The notes: generated from the letters alone by a model not told the origin. A DNA stretch of 57,464 nucleotides from a virus (IMGVR_UViG_3300044272_001842:1-57464); one strand, 5' to 3'; positions 27,454 through 37,058 are shown, counted from the stretch's first letter. A program made the numbers and translations.

Positions 27454-27978
27454 ATGGTTAATACTTCTAAAAAAGCCGCACTTGCTTTCCAAGGTGCAAA
27501 TGGTATCAAACAGCCTGTAGCCGCTCAAGCTATGGTTGCATTTATCAATGCTAACGGTGGTCAAGCTAACTTAGCTTTATTGCTCAACGCTAATGCCGTT
27601 AAAAACGGTGTTCTGTTTGGTGGTGGCAAGCTATGGTCAGCTATGCAAGTTAGTTCTAAAACTAACGCTATCAGCGCACGTGGTCAAATACTTTGGGCAT
27701 GTGTTAACGGCTTGCCTACAGGTCAAGCGGTCACTAAAGCTAACATTGGTAAGCTTATTAATACTAATGTTCCAACAAGCTTTAAACCTATACCGCTAAC
27801 ACAAATACAGCAAGCTCACGCTGTGTATGGTGCTGGTATTACACATAATACTAGCGTTTCCGCTGGCGGTACAGCTAACCAAAATGCTTTACTTGCTATA
27901 CTTAATGGCGGTTTTGGTATTAGTAACCAAACTGTTAGCACGTATGGTAACGCATACGGCACTATTGTGGCGGTATAA
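27454..27978 (+). CDS. Hypothetical protein, paralog B; no Asp or Glu, gene free of the GA dinucleotide
   Basis: 174-aa ORF with promoter, GGGGT RBS and terminator; similar to 26629..27084. Confidence 0.85.
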   Translation: MVNTSKKAALAFQGANGIKQPVAAQAMVAFINANGGQANLALLLNANAVKNGVLFGGGKLWSAMQVSSKTNAISARGQILWACVNGLPTGQAVTKANIGKLINTNVPTSFKPIPLTQIQQAHAVYGAGITHNTSVSAGGTANQNALLAILNGGFGISNQTVSTYGNAYGTIVAV

Positions 27979-27986
27979 CCCCAACA

Positions 27987-28023
27987 GTTAGCCAAGTGCC
28001 AAAAAGGTACTTGGCTAACCTTT
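27987..28023 (+). terminator. Stem-loop / probable terminator after paralog B
   Basis: GTTAGCCAAGTGCC-AAAAA-GGTACTTGGCTAAC, short T run. Confidence 0.7.
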
Positions 28024-28215
28024 AAAACGCTAGTACGGCTGTAAAAAATGGCAACCCCCCCTCAAATGCGACGAACATGTACAAGCACAGCGCAGTACAC
28101 GGTTTTCCAGAAATCGTTACCACTCAGATAATTTTTGGACATACCCACCCCCCTTTTTTGAAATATGAGTCATAGGTTCATTGCCCTTTGAAAATTTTTA
28201 TATTATTCTGATACT

Positions 28216-28401
28216 ATGAAGGATGATTTAGTTAATTTTGGTGTAAGCCGTTCGAGTAATGGCGAAGTATCTTTATCATTTTATTATACGAATGGTGCAG
28301 AGCGACATTTTGTTTTAGGTGATGATGATATTATATCTTTAATAGCGGCTTTATTAGCGGCACGTAATGAAGAGATGGGTGAATGGCAGACGTACCATTA
28401 A
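28216..28401 (+). CDS. Hypothetical protein
   Basis: 61-aa ORF overlapping the terL start. Confidence 0.5.
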   Translation: MKDDLVNFGVSRSSNGEVSLSFYYTNGAERHFVLGDDDIISLIAALLAARNEEMGEWQTYH

Positions 28402-29852
28402 ACATTCCCGAAGATGTGTTGCGCCAATATGCAATGTTATTAGAGAAGCAGAAAAAACTTATCTCGAGTGATCGCGCACGAGCAGACTTTATGTCGTATA
28501 CTAAAAGTGTATGGCCTGAGTTTATTGAGGGTAAGCACCATAAAATTATGGGCGAGAAGTTTAATGCCTTGTCAAAAGGCAAAATTAAACGGTTGATTGT
28601 GAATATGCCGCCCAGACATACAAAGTCAGAGTTTGCCAGTTATTTATTACCCAGTTGGTTGATGGGACTTAATCCAAAGTTAAAGATAATACAGGCTACG
28701 CATACAGGTGAGTTAGCCGTGCGTTTTGGACGTAAGGTACGTAATTTGATGAACAATGCCGATTACTCTCAGATCTTTCCAGAAGTAAAATTACGGCAAG
28801 ATAGTAGTGCGGCAGGAAGATGGGAGACCCACGCAGGAGGAGAATATTTTGCGGCTGGTGTGGGCGGAGCAATAACAGGACGTGGTGCAGACCTTATGAT
28901 AATTGACGACCCACATTCTGAACAAGATGCATTATCTCCAGCGGCATTAGAAAATGCGTATGAGTGGTATACTAGTGGTCCACGGCAACGACTCCAACCT
29001 GGAGGTGCGATTGTTATTGTGATGACACGTTGGTCAGAAATAGATCTAACGGGAAAATTATTAAAACAGCAATCACGTGATTTGTTAGCAGATCAGTGGG
29101 AAGTAGTTGAGTTTCCAGCTTTAATAGATGATGATAAAGTATTATGGCCGGAGTTTTGGCAGAAAGAAGAATTATTAAAAGTGAAAGCTTCTTTGTCGGT
29201 AGGCAAGTGGGAAGCACAATGGCAACAAAACCCTACATCAGAAACGAGTGCTATACTTAAACGTGATTGGTGGCGGCAGTGGGAAAAAGAAGATATACCA
29301 CCTTTACAGTATGTCATGCAAAGTTATGATACAGCATTTAGTAAACAGACAAATGCTGATTATAGTGCGATAACAACATGGGGTGTTTTTTACCCAGAAG
29401 AAGGTGGTCCACCAAATATTATTTTAGTTGATGCACGACGTGGACGGTGGGACTTTCCAGAACTACGACGTATTGCGTTAGAAGAATATGAGTATTGGGA
29501 TCCAGAATGTGTCCTGATTGAGGCAAAAGCGAGTGGTATGCCCCTTACCCAAGAACTAAGAAGTATGGGTATACCTGTGCAAAATTATAGCCCAAGTAGA
29601 GGTAATGATAAATTTACTCGTGTGAACTCCATTGCGCCATTACTAGAAAGTGGGTTAGTATGGGCTCCAGATACTCGGTGGGCAGAAGAAGTTATTGAAG
29701 AGTGTGCCGCTTTTCCAAGTGGTGAGAATGATGACTTTGTAGATACATGCACACAGGCTCTAAGAAGATTTCGCGAAGGCGGTTTTATACAACACCCAGA
29801 GGATTATGATGACCATGTTGATGCACCCCCAAGACAAGCAGTATATTACTAA
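28383..29852 (+). CDS. terL: Terminase large subunit
   Basis: MPPRHTKS (Walker A), GRGADLMIIDDP (Walker B), VMTRW, SYDTAF, IEAKASG, NDDFVD nuclease motif. Confidence 0.95.
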   Translation: MADVPLNIPEDVLRQYAMLLEKQKKLISSDRARADFMSYTKSVWPEFIEGKHHKIMGEKFNALSKGKIKRLIVNMPPRHTKSEFASYLLPSWLMGLNPKLKIIQATHTGELAVRFGRKVRNLMNNADYSQIFPEVKLRQDSSAAGRWETHAGGEYFAAGVGGAITGRGADLMIIDDPHSEQDALSPAALENAYEWYTSGPRQRLQPGGAIVIVMTRWSEIDLTGKLLKQQSRDLLADQWEVVEFPALIDDDKVLWPEFWQKEELLKVKASLSVGKWEAQWQQNPTSETSAILKRDWWRQWEKEDIPPLQYVMQSYDTAFSKQTNADYSAITTWGVFYPEEGGPPNIILVDARRGRWDFPELRRIALEEYEYWDPECVLIEAKASGMPLTQELRSMGIPVQNYSPSRGNDKFTRVNSIAPLLESGLVWAPDTRWAEEVIEECAAFPSGENDDFVDTCTQALRRFREGGFIQHPEDYDDHVDAPPRQAVYY

Positions 29853-29950
29853 TTTTTTTGCTATGTTAGATACCAAGTTGAAAATGGCAAAAAAAGAATT
29901 ATACCCTGACCAAAAACCAAAATTCCGTGTGATACAAGGGGGTAAACAAA

Positions 29951-32347
29951 ATGGCTAGAAAACCTAATCCATTTAACAATATAGAGCGTGAATTTACATT
30001 AGTCGGGCAGAAGTTGCCCGATGATCCGTTGGAGGTTGAATTACCTACTGAAGAAGAGCAAATGGCTTTTGAAGGTATGGAAATGACACGTAATGAAGAT
30101 GGCTCAGTGGAGTTTGGGGAATCAGAAGATGATGTAAAACCCGACGTAGGGTTTATGGGTAATTTAGCTGATAGTATAGATGATGATGAATTAGCCGCTA
30201 TAGGTTCTATGATATTAGAAAAAGTAGAGGAAGATAAATCTTCAAGACGCGAATGGGTAGATACATATACAAAAGGGTTGAACTTACTTGGGGTACGGTA
30301 TGAAAATCGTACAGAACCTTTTAATGGTGCTACAGGTGTAACACATCCTATGTTGAACGAAGCAGTGAGCCAGTTCCAAAGCCAAGCATATAAAGAATTA
30401 TTACCTCCAAACGGACCTGTACGTACACAAGTGATCGGTGATACTACCCCCGAACTGGAAAAACAGGCAGATCGTATTAAAGATTTTATGAATTACCAAA
30501 TAGTTCACGAGATGGATGAGTACGATTATGAGTTTGACCAAATGTTATACTACTTAGGACTATGTGGTAGTGCATTTAAAAAAGTTTATAATGATCCACA
30601 GCTAGGTAGACCAGTCAGTAAGTTTGTTATGGCTGAAGATATACTTGTGCCTTTTACTGCAACGGACTTACAAAGTGCAGATCGGGTAACACATATCATA
30701 AAATACAATAAAAATGAGTTACGCAAGTTACAAGTAAGTGGTTTTTACCGTGATGTTGAGGTTATGGCTGGTGAAGGCGATACAAGTGAGCTAGAACAAA
30801 CAAAAGAAGAACTATCTGGTATTGAAAAAGCGGGAGCGAATGAACAAATTACACTTTTTGAGTGCCATTGTTACTTAGATTTGGAAAATTTCCCTGATTT
30901 AGGCGCAAATAACGAGCCTACAGGTATACAACTACCCTATATTGTGACTGTTGCCGAAGAAACAGGCGAGATTTTGTCAATTTACCGTAATTTTGATGAA
31001 AATGATCCTTTAAAACGTAAAAAACCTTACTTTGTACACTACCCATTTACTCCTGGATTAGGGTTTTATGGTAATGGTTTGATACATTTATTAGGTAATT
31101 TGTCAAGAACGGCTACTGCAAACTTACGACAGCTCATTGATGCAGGAACATTATCTAATATGCCAGCGGGATTTAAAGCTCGTGGCTTGCGTATCCGTGA
31201 TGATGACCAACCGCTACAACCAGGAGAATGGAGAGATGTAGATGTGGTAGGAGCTGAATTACGAAGCTCACTTATGCCTCTGCCGTATAAAGAACCTAGT
31301 GGTACGTTATTCCAATTATTAGGTTTTGTTGTCAATGCGGCACAAAAGTTTGTTGGCACGACAGATATCGGTACAGGTAATATACAAAATACTGAGATGC
31401 CAGTTGGTACAACGGTAGCTCTTATGGAACGTGGTAGTAGGATAATGTCTGCGGTGCATAAACGATTGTACAATGGATTAAAACAAGAGTTTAAGTTATT
31501 AGCAAATCTTTTTGCCATGGATCCAAGTGATTATCCATATAATGTCTCAGGCAATCAGCCAGGATTAAAAGCTAAAGATTTTGACGGTCGTATTGATATT
31601 ATACCAGTAGCTAATCCTAATATATTTAGTATGTCACAACGTGTGACACTCGCACAGGAACAACTTAAATTAGCACAAGCTAATCCACAAATGCATAATC
31701 AGTATGAAACTTTGCGTAGAATGTATACAGCACTTGGGGTTGATAATATTGAACAAATATTACCACCACCACAGCAAGCGATGCCGATGCCACCAGTGCG
31801 TGAAAACGGTATGTTGCAATTAGCTGTGATTGGTAAACAACAGTTAAAAGCTTTTCCAGAACAAAATCATGATGCACACATATCTACACATTTAAGTTAT
31901 ATGACGAGTATGATTGTGAAAGCAAATCCTGCGGCATTACAAATTTTGCAAACGCATATATTTGAACATATTAGTTTAAAAGCACAAGCTATAATACAGC
32001 AAGAGTTGATGAGAACAGGAGAACAGGGGCAACAATTACCTCCGCAACTTGTTGAAAGCCGTATGGCAGAAATAGAAAGCCAACTAATATCAGACTATTT
32101 ACAAAAAGAAAACGAAGTGTTGGGTATGCAAAATAAAGACCCACTGGTTGACCTTAAAGCAAAAGAGCTACAATTACGTGAACAGGAGCAAATGCAAAAT
32201 GCGATGCAAGATCAAATGGAGTTACAGTTTGATAAACAGAAAGCCGCAGAGCAAGCCGCTATACAACGGGAACGTATTGGTAGCACAGAGGATATTGCAC
32301 AAATGCGAGCACGTATAGCGTTAGAAAGAACTAGAGGCAGAGGCTAA
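29951..32347 (+). CDS. Portal protein
   Basis: 798 aa directly after terL; HPMLNEAV.QFQ, GSAFKKVY, GFYGNGL; Gln-rich coiled-coil C-terminus as in P22-type portals. Confidence 0.85.
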   Translation: MARKPNPFNNIEREFTLVGQKLPDDPLEVELPTEEEQMAFEGMEMTRNEDGSVEFGESEDDVKPDVGFMGNLADSIDDDELAAIGSMILEKVEEDKSSRREWVDTYTKGLNLLGVRYENRTEPFNGATGVTHPMLNEAVSQFQSQAYKELLPPNGPVRTQVIGDTTPELEKQADRIKDFMNYQIVHEMDEYDYEFDQMLYYLGLCGSAFKKVYNDPQLGRPVSKFVMAEDILVPFTATDLQSADRVTHIIKYNKNELRKLQVSGFYRDVEVMAGEGDTSELEQTKEELSGIEKAGANEQITLFECHCYLDLENFPDLGANNEPTGIQLPYIVTVAEETGEILSIYRNFDENDPLKRKKPYFVHYPFTPGLGFYGNGLIHLLGNLSRTATANLRQLIDAGTLSNMPAGFKARGLRIRDDDQPLQPGEWRDVDVVGAELRSSLMPLPYKEPSGTLFQLLGFVVNAAQKFVGTTDIGTGNIQNTEMPVGTTVALMERGSRIMSAVHKRLYNGLKQEFKLLANLFAMDPSDYPYNVSGNQPGLKAKDFDGRIDIIPVANPNIFSMSQRVTLAQEQLKLAQANPQMHNQYETLRRMYTALGVDNIEQILPPPQQAMPMPPVRENGMLQLAVIGKQQLKAFPEQNHDAHISTHLSYMTSMIVKANPAALQILQTHIFEHISLKAQAIIQQELMRTGEQGQQLPPQLVESRMAEIESQLISDYLQKENEVLGMQNKDPLVDLKAKELQLREQEQMQNAMQDQMELQFDKQKAAEQAAIQRERIGSTEDIAQMRARIALERTRGRG

Positions 32348-32358
32348 AGGAGATAAAA

Positions 32359-32625
32359 ATGGCTAACAGGTTATCACAATTAATAGATTTATTAGAAGAA
32401 GCTAAAGAAGCTGGTGATGAGGATAAAATACAAGAGATAGAAACAGATATGTTTCGTGAGTTTGGGTATGATGCAGAAACTGGTGTAGTAAGTAAATCTA
32501 TGGGTGGTGAAGCTAAAGATATTCCAGCTATGATGGATGCCACCAGTAATAGAGTTACTAAGGGGATGATATCAAGAGGCGGTCGTAAAGCTTTACGTGG
32601 GACTAAATTTAGAGGTGTCAGGTAA
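32359..32625 (+). CDS. Hypothetical protein
   Basis: AAGGAG RBS; acidic N-terminus, basic RGG...GTKFRGV C-terminus. Confidence 0.7.
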   Translation: MANRLSQLIDLLEEAKEAGDEDKIQEIETDMFREFGYDAETGVVSKSMGGEAKDIPAMMDATSNRVTKGMISRGGRKALRGTKFRGVR

Positions 32626-32968
32626 ATTGATACAAAAAAAGTTGCAAAAAGGTTCTAATTATAACAAATACGATCTTGACGGAGATGGTATTGTGGATGA
32701 TGACGAACTTTTAGCGGCTGAAAAATTACATGAAATAGAAGCCGCTGAAAAACAAGAAGCGGCAGAATTACGTAAAATGACAGCGCAAAGACGTATGGCT
32801 ACGGCTGTTTTGTGTTTCATGGCTTTGTATACGTTATTAATGTTTATGCCTTTTGTGTCAGATGAAAGAGTAAAACTGCTGACAGATCTAAGTAATCTAC
32901 TCTATATTACAGGTGGTGGAATTGTTGGAGCCTATATGGCAGTTTCTGTTTGGCCGAAAAAGAATTAG
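32597..32968 (+). CDS. Membrane protein with EF-hand-like loop (start uncertain)
   Basis: DLDGDGIVDDDE plus two hydrophobic segments. Confidence 0.65.
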   Translation: MGLNLEVSGKLIQKKLQKGSNYNKYDLDGDGIVDDDELLAAEKLHEIEAAEKQEAAELRKMTAQRRMATAVLCFMALYTLLMFMPFVSDERVKLLTDLSNLLYITGGGIVGAYMAVSVWPKKN

Positions 32969-32976
32969 GGAATATA

Positions 32977-33372
32977 ATGTTACAAACACTTATTGGACCA
33001 GTCACAGGATTATTAGATAAATTTGTTGAAGACAAAGATCAAAAAAATGCTCTCGCGCATGAGATCGCCACAATGGCAGAAAGACATGCACAAGAGACAA
33101 AAATGGCTCAAATCGCAGTCAACCAAGAGGAAGCGAAGCACAGATCAACCTTTGTTGCTGGATGGCGTCCGTTTATCGGATGGACGTGTGGCTTCGCGCT
33201 TGCGTGGCACTTTATCATTACTCCCATTGTTTTGTTCACAACTGCGATCGCTGGTTTCCAAGTTCCTGAGTTACCTACGTTTGATATGGACTCGTTGATG
33301 ACAGTATTACTAGGTATGCTCGGTTTGGGTGGTTTACGTACTTATGAAAAAGCTAAAGGATTGACAAAATGA
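32977..33372 (+). CDS. Putative holin (3TM / GTA-holin-like)
   Basis: FVAGWRPFIGW, hydrophobic segments, LGMLGLGGLRTYEK. Confidence 0.7.
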   Translation: MLQTLIGPVTGLLDKFVEDKDQKNALAHEIATMAERHAQETKMAQIAVNQEEAKHRSTFVAGWRPFIGWTCGFALAWHFIITPIVLFTTAIAGFQVPELPTFDMDSLMTVLLGMLGLGGLRTYEKAKGLTK

Positions 33373-33509
33373 GTTTATATGCAAATATACATAAGCGTAG
33401 AAAAAGCGGTAAAAAGATGCGTAAGGCAGGAGATAAAGGTGCTCCTAGTGCATCTGATTTTAAAAATGCGGCAAAAACTGCTAGGAAAAAGAAAATAAAA
33501 CGTGTCTGA
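33369..33509 (+). CDS. 46-aa basic protein (not in ORF track)
   Basis: MSLYANIHKRRKSGKKMRKAGDKGAPSASDFKNAAKTARKKKIKRV; overlaps both neighbours. Confidence 0.7.
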   Translation: MSLYANIHKRRKSGKKMRKAGDKGAPSASDFKNAAKTARKKKIKRV

Positions 33510-33693
33510 CCTTTACATTCACGAAAAACTCCGTAATATTATAAAAGAGCGGATAGATCTAATAGACACACAACTAACAGAAGGTGTTGTAGAAGATTTT
33601 TCCATATACAAGATTCTACGTGCAAAACGGGAAGAACTTGCAAACATCGAACAGGAACTTGATGTCCTGCTAAAAAAGGTAAACTATGACTAA
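33502..33693 (+). CDS. Hypothetical protein
   Basis: 63-aa helical ORF preceding GroES. Confidence 0.65.
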   Translation: MSDLYIHEKLRNIIKERIDLIDTQLTEGVVEDFSIYKILRAKREELANIEQELDVLLKKVNYD

Positions 33694-34114
33694 AACACTT
33701 TATGTGCCAAAGCACGTTATACAATCCAAAAAAGAAAAACCACAAAAACCCGAAACACCAGCATTACATAAACTTCCTGAACCGACAGGTTGGCGGATTT
33801 TAATATTACCTTACAAGGGTAAAAAGAAAACTGAGTCTGGTGTTTACTTACCCGATCAAGTAGTAGAACGTGAAGCACTTGCCACTGTATGTGGTTATGT
33901 TTTGAAACTTGGACCATTGGCTTACCAAGATCCGGAAAAATTTGGCACTACAGCAAATGGTCAAACAGGAGTATGGTGTAAAAAAGGTGATTGGGTGATT
34001 TTCGGCAGATATGCTGGAAGTCGTTTTAAAATAGAAGGCGGTGAAGTGCGATTATTAAATGATGATGAGATACTCGCTACAATTAAAAATCCAGAAGACA
34101 TTCTGCATACATAA
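33686..34114 (+). CDS. groES: Co-chaperonin GroES
   Basis: PTGWRILI, KTESGVYLP, VLKLGP, GDWVIFGRYAG, LLNDDEILA. Confidence 0.9.
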   Translation: MTKTLYVPKHVIQSKKEKPQKPETPALHKLPEPTGWRILILPYKGKKKTESGVYLPDQVVEREALATVCGYVLKLGPLAYQDPEKFGTTANGQTGVWCKKGDWVIFGRYAGSRFKIEGGEVRLLNDDEILATIKNPEDILHT

Positions 34115-34125
34115 CGGAGAGGGTT

Positions 34126-35019
34126 ATGCCTGAAACAAAAGAAGAACAAATTGAAGTAGAAATTGAAGAAGAAAATGCAGAACAGTCTGAGGCTGTATCT
34201 GCAAAAGAAGAACAAGACGATACTGTAACTGAAGAAGCACAAGCCGCTGACTCTGAGGCGAGTGAAGAAGATCTTGAGCAATATGGTGATAAAGTCAAGA
34301 AGCGTATTGAAAAATTAACTTATAAAATGCGTGAAGCCGAAAGGCGAGAAAAAGCGGCTACTGAATATGCACAGTCAGTTAAAAAACAAATGGAAGATTT
34401 GGAAAAGCGTAGCCAAAAAATAGACCAATCTTATATTACTGAATATGATTCTAGAGTAAGTAATGAAGAAGAAAACGTAAAAGCAAGACTGACTAATGCT
34501 ATAAATAGTGGTGATGTCAATGCTCAAATGGAAGCGCAAAAAGAATTAGCAAGGTTAGCATTGGAGACAGAGCGTTTAAAAATTGCTAAAGAAGAATTAG
34601 AACAACGGCAAAAAGCAGAGCCTCAAGCACAACCACAGCAACAACCAAAGGCAGAGCCCGACCCTAAAGCTAAAAGGTGGGCGGCTAAAAATACATGGTT
34701 TGGAGCTGATGAGCCTATGACATTAACGGCTTTTTCTATACATAAAAAATTAGTGGAACAAGAATACTACGATCCTAACAGTGATGAGTATTATACAGAA
34801 CTAGACAAGCGTTTACGTATTGAATTTCCTCATAAATTTGAGGAAGAAGAGACGACACAAGCACGTACGACGCGAAGTCCAGTAGCTCCTGCATCAAGAG
34901 CAAATGGCAAAACTTCTGGAAAAAAAGTAAAATTAACTCCATCACAGGTTGCCATAGCTGACAAACTTGGTGTAACCTATGAACAATATGCGAAGCAACT
35001 TGCTCGCTTAACATCGTGA
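34126..35019 (+). CDS. Putative scaffolding protein
   Basis: Acidic N-terminus, long coiled coil, upstream of the capsid genes. Confidence 0.6.
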   Translation: MPETKEEQIEVEIEEENAEQSEAVSAKEEQDDTVTEEAQAADSEASEEDLEQYGDKVKKRIEKLTYKMREAERREKAATEYAQSVKKQMEDLEKRSQKIDQSYITEYDSRVSNEEENVKARLTNAINSGDVNAQMEAQKELARLALETERLKIAKEELEQRQKAEPQAQPQQQPKAEPDPKAKRWAAKNTWFGADEPMTLTAFSIHKKLVEQEYYDPNSDEYYTELDKRLRIEFPHKFEEEETTQARTTRSPVAPASRANGKTSGKKVKLTPSQVAIADKLGVTYEQYAKQLARLTS

Positions 35020-35030
35020 AGGAATAGATC

Positions 35031-35483
35031 ATGGATCGCACCCCACGCACAAAAACCACTCGTGAGACAAGCTCACGCCGACGTCCTTGGCAACCTCCAT
35101 CCACATTGGATGCACCACCACCGCCTGAAGGTTATATACATCGCTGGATTCGTGAATCAATCATGGGTACAGATGATAAGAAAAATCTTTCGGCTCGCTT
35201 ACGCGAAGGCTTTGATTTAGTTCGCGCAGATGAGTTCCCTGACTTTGAAGCTCCTACCATCCAAGACGGTAAACATGCAGGAGTAATAGGAGTAGGAGGA
35301 CTTTTATTAGCTCGTTTCCCAATAGAGTCAAAACAAGAGCGAGATGCGTATTATAGGGGTAAAACCCAAGATCAAATGACCGCTGTTGATAATGACCTAA
35401 TGAGAGAAAGCAATAGTACAATGCCTATTATTAAACCTGATAGGCAATCTCGTGTAACCTTCGGTAAAAATAATGCCGAATAA
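35031..35483 (+). CDS. Hypothetical head-module protein
   Basis: 150-aa ORF between the scaffold and capsid genes. Confidence 0.7.
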   Translation: MDRTPRTKTTRETSSRRRPWQPPSTLDAPPPPEGYIHRWIRESIMGTDDKKNLSARLREGFDLVRADEFPDFEAPTIQDGKHAGVIGVGGLLLARFPIESKQERDAYYRGKTQDQMTAVDNDLMRESNSTMPIIKPDRQSRVTFGKNNAE

Positions 35484-35504
35484 TTTTGTTAGGAGACAAA
35501 AATC

Positions 35505-36116
35505 ATGGCAAATATAGATGCCCCTTTTGGTTTGCGTCCACATAACAAATTAGGTTCCAACGTGAACTCAGGAGGTTTGACGCCATACAAAGTGCAAATT
35601 CCAGGAGTGGCAGGATCATCAAGTAGCATATTTCAGGGCGACTTGGTGATACCTTTAACAAATGGGCTTGTGGACATTAGTGCGGCAGACGGTGGTTCAG
35701 TTGCGATCTTAGGAGTTATGGCTGGCTGTCAATATACAGCCTTAGATGGAACGCCAACTTTTGCAAATAATTATCCAGGAACTTCTTCCCTAAAGTCTGG
35801 GACAGAAGCAACTGTATTCTTATATGACGATCCAGCTCAAGTGTACGAAGTACAAGCAGATGCTAGTTTGACAAATCTAGCTACAGCAACTGCATTGATA
35901 CATTCAAATGCTGAAGGCACAGGATTTGGAACAGAACATGCAAATGGTATTTCTGCGGGAGAGGTTTCCGTGGCGAGTGCTGGAGCAACTACAGCTACTG
36001 ATAATTTTAGGATTGTTGGTATTAAAGATGTTCCAGGAATAGATTACACCTCAGCTGGTGTGGTTCTACTCGTTAAGTTAAACTTACCATTCCACTTAGC
36101 AACATCTGGCATATAA
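35505..36116 (+). CDS. Putative capsid decoration / minor head protein
   Basis: MANIDAPFGLRP; Gly/Ala/Thr-rich; immediately before the major capsid gene. Confidence 0.55.
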   Translation: MANIDAPFGLRPHNKLGSNVNSGGLTPYKVQIPGVAGSSSSIFQGDLVIPLTNGLVDISAADGGSVAILGVMAGCQYTALDGTPTFANNYPGTSSLKSGTEATVFLYDDPAQVYEVQADASLTNLATATALIHSNAEGTGFGTEHANGISAGEVSVASAGATTATDNFRIVGIKDVPGIDYTSAGVVLLVKLNLPFHLATSGI

Positions 36117-36128
36117 GGAGTAAATGAT

Positions 36129-37037
36129 ATGGCTATTGCAAGATCCCAACTCCTTAAAGAGCTAGAGCCAGGATTAAATGCCTTGTTTGGACTAGAGTAC
36201 GATCGTTATGAAAACGAACATGCTGAAATTTTTGAAACAGAAAATTCAGATCGTGCTTTTGAAGAAGAGGTCATGTTGGCTGGTTTTGGTCAAGCACCTA
36301 CTAAAGGTGAAGGAGCGGCTGTTAGTTTTGACTTAGCGAATGAGTCATTCACAGCTAGATATACACATGAAACTATCGCATTGGCTTTTGCGATTACAGA
36401 AGAAGCAGTTGAAGATAATTTATATGATAGACTATCTTCACGTTACACTCGTGCGTTAGCTCGCTCAATGGCTAACACAAAACAAGTGAAAGCGGCATCT
36501 GTACTCAATAATGCCTTTGATAGCACTTTTGCTATCGGTGACGGTAAAGAGTTGTGTGCAACAGATCACCCTACTTCGGGTGGTGGTAATTTCAGAAATG
36601 AATTAACAGTTGCGGCTGACCTTAATGAAACATCATTAGAGCAGTCATTAATTGATATTTCTGGTTTTATTGATGAGCGTGGTTTAAAAATTGCACTACG
36701 TGGTATGAAGTTAATTATTCCAACAAACTTACAGTTTATTGCTGAACGTTTGATGGCTACTAACTTACGTCCAGGAACTGCAGATAACGACGTAAACGCA
36801 GTACGTAACATGGGTATGTTACCTGATGGTTATGTGGTTAATCACTTTTTAACTGATACAGATGCGTTTTTCATCAAAACTGATGCACCTAATGGTTTCA
36901 AACATTTTGTTCGTACACCCATTCAAAATAGCATGGAAGGTGATTTCGACACAGGTAATGTTCGCTATAAAGCACGTGAACGTTACAGCTTTGGGGTATC
37001 AGACCCACGATGTGTGTTTGGTAGTCCAGGAGCTTAA
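36129..37037 (+). CDS. Major capsid protein
   Basis: MAIARSQLLKELEPGLNALFGLEY...ARERYSFG; strong RBS; followed by a terminator. Confidence 0.85.
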   Translation: MAIARSQLLKELEPGLNALFGLEYDRYENEHAEIFETENSDRAFEEEVMLAGFGQAPTKGEGAAVSFDLANESFTARYTHETIALAFAITEEAVEDNLYDRLSSRYTRALARSMANTKQVKAASVLNNAFDSTFAIGDGKELCATDHPTSGGGNFRNELTVAADLNETSLEQSLIDISGFIDERGLKIALRGMKLIIPTNLQFIAERLMATNLRPGTADNDVNAVRNMGMLPDGYVVNHFLTDTDAFFIKTDAPNGFKHFVRTPIQNSMEGDFDTGNVRYKARERYSFGVSDPRCVFGSPGA

Positions 37038-37058
37038 TTTTTCTCCATTAAAACTTTT

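Noticed and set aside
27454-27978. GA absence explained only by selection against acidic residues
   Set aside because: GA is also missing from the other two frames and from the non-coding flanks, so the constraint is at nucleotide level
27454-27978. Hypermutation by a TC-specific cytidine deaminase (GA to AA)
   Set aside because: Clearly aligned Asp positions are Gln or Ala rather than Asn, the RBS shows GGGG rather than GAAG, and the ORF is intact; disfavoured but not formally excluded
27332-28070. GA absence explained by restriction-site avoidance (e.g. GATC, GANTC)
   Set aside because: Avoiding 4-6 bp sites would not require removing every GA, and would not favour one strand; TC remains common on the + strand
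33686-34114. Phage GroES as a novelty
   Set aside because: GroES homologs are well known in marine phage head modules
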